A stretch of DNA of 64,000 nt from assembly GCA_964234715.1 (NCBI GenBank), contig OZ174280.1. One strand, given 5' to 3'. Source of the stretch: Podarcis melisellensis (taxonomy: Eukaryota). Shown one piece after another: positions 63,255-64,000 of the stretch. The notes under the pieces are model-generated. The model was not told the DNA's origin, did not search any database, and was given only the letters and a program-made list of their open reading frames with translations. Made by a program: the position numbers and the translations under genes. Within the stretch, counting starts at the first letter, position 1, and every line of letters starts with the position of its first letter.

Positions 63255-64000
63255 TCTCTCCTCCCACCTTCTTACTTACCTTCTTCTTTTCTCCTCAATT
63301 TTTAGTCATCCCCATTGCTCTCTTGCTACCTCTCCCAATATCCCTCCTCCCTGATGAACATGTACAGAATACACTGAGCCCTCATTGCCATAAAGATGAT
63401 ACAGGGAAAAGTTGCTCCCCTCCCTTTCCAGCTCTAACTCTGGTAAATGGAAAGGGAATCCTCTCAGGGCCAGTTTTACCACAAGGCACAGTGTGCCATA
63501 TGCATAAGGCATCAGATTTCGAGTGTCATTCAATAATGACAAATTGCAAATGTTAGAGGAAGCCACTCTGGGATGGATCTGCCGGAAATTGGGCAGCCCA
63601 AATTTGCTCTGCAAGGACTCGTTTGCTTGCAAATTTCATCCACTTAAGTGAAAAGGGAGGAAAATGGTTAATGTCATTTGTAGCTTCTTCATGATATTAA
63701 ATTGGGTGAAACAAAGCTTTGGACTTAACACATCAGATTCGGACCCAATTCACAAATCAAATCAGATGGATAGGGATCTGAAACAGATCAGGCTGCTTTA
63801 AAATGCTATGAATACAAGGCAAATGTTGTGGTTGGGGCACACCCTTAGTCAACACACAGACAACCCCCTCCCCCCAACACTATATAATGTATATACAGCT
63901 TTTCTGTACAAGAAGATAAACCCAAAGCAGCTTGCAAGTTAAAATAAATAAAATCACCACAGATGCAACATACATTATAAGGCACAAAACCCACAGCAAT

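Noticed and set aside
63270-63310. Strong minus-strand donor AAG|GTAAGT as a possible extra CNTN2 exon
   Set aside because: The phase-compatible frame has a stop within 30 nt and no FNIII similarity; the true upstream exon is probably beyond the window.

Overview
Vertebrate (eukaryotic) genomic DNA, most likely from a squamate and probably a lacertid lizard, judging by the Sauria-type SINEs and MITE families. It carries the conserved DSTYK-RBBP5-TMEM81-CNTN2 block, in the same order and orientation as human 1q32.1. On the + strand are the 3' 11 coding exons of DSTYK (710 aa in the window; the first two exons lie upstream), a complete 14-exon RBBP5 (1620-nt CDS, 539 aa) with a CpG-island promoter, and TMEM81 as a single coding exon (264 aa). 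On the - strand are the last three coding exons of CNTN2, convergent with TMEM81. All exon boundaries were read manually as GT-AG with consistent phases. Introns and intergenic DNA hold SINEs, Tc1/mariner and hAT MITEs (one nested pair) and a 171-nt assembly gap. The most unusual item is at 1-820: a very young Penelope-like retroelement with a perfect 122-bp inverted repeat and a minimal hammerhead-ribozyme motif that overlaps the last codons of the element's ORF. I found no convincing wholly new biological system. The best leads are that ribozyme/ORF overlap, a candidate in-frame DSTYK micro-exon, alternative RBBP5 3' ends, and an NF-kB-site-bearing MITE upstream of both RBBP5 and TMEM81. Family names and human comparisons come from recall, not database searches.
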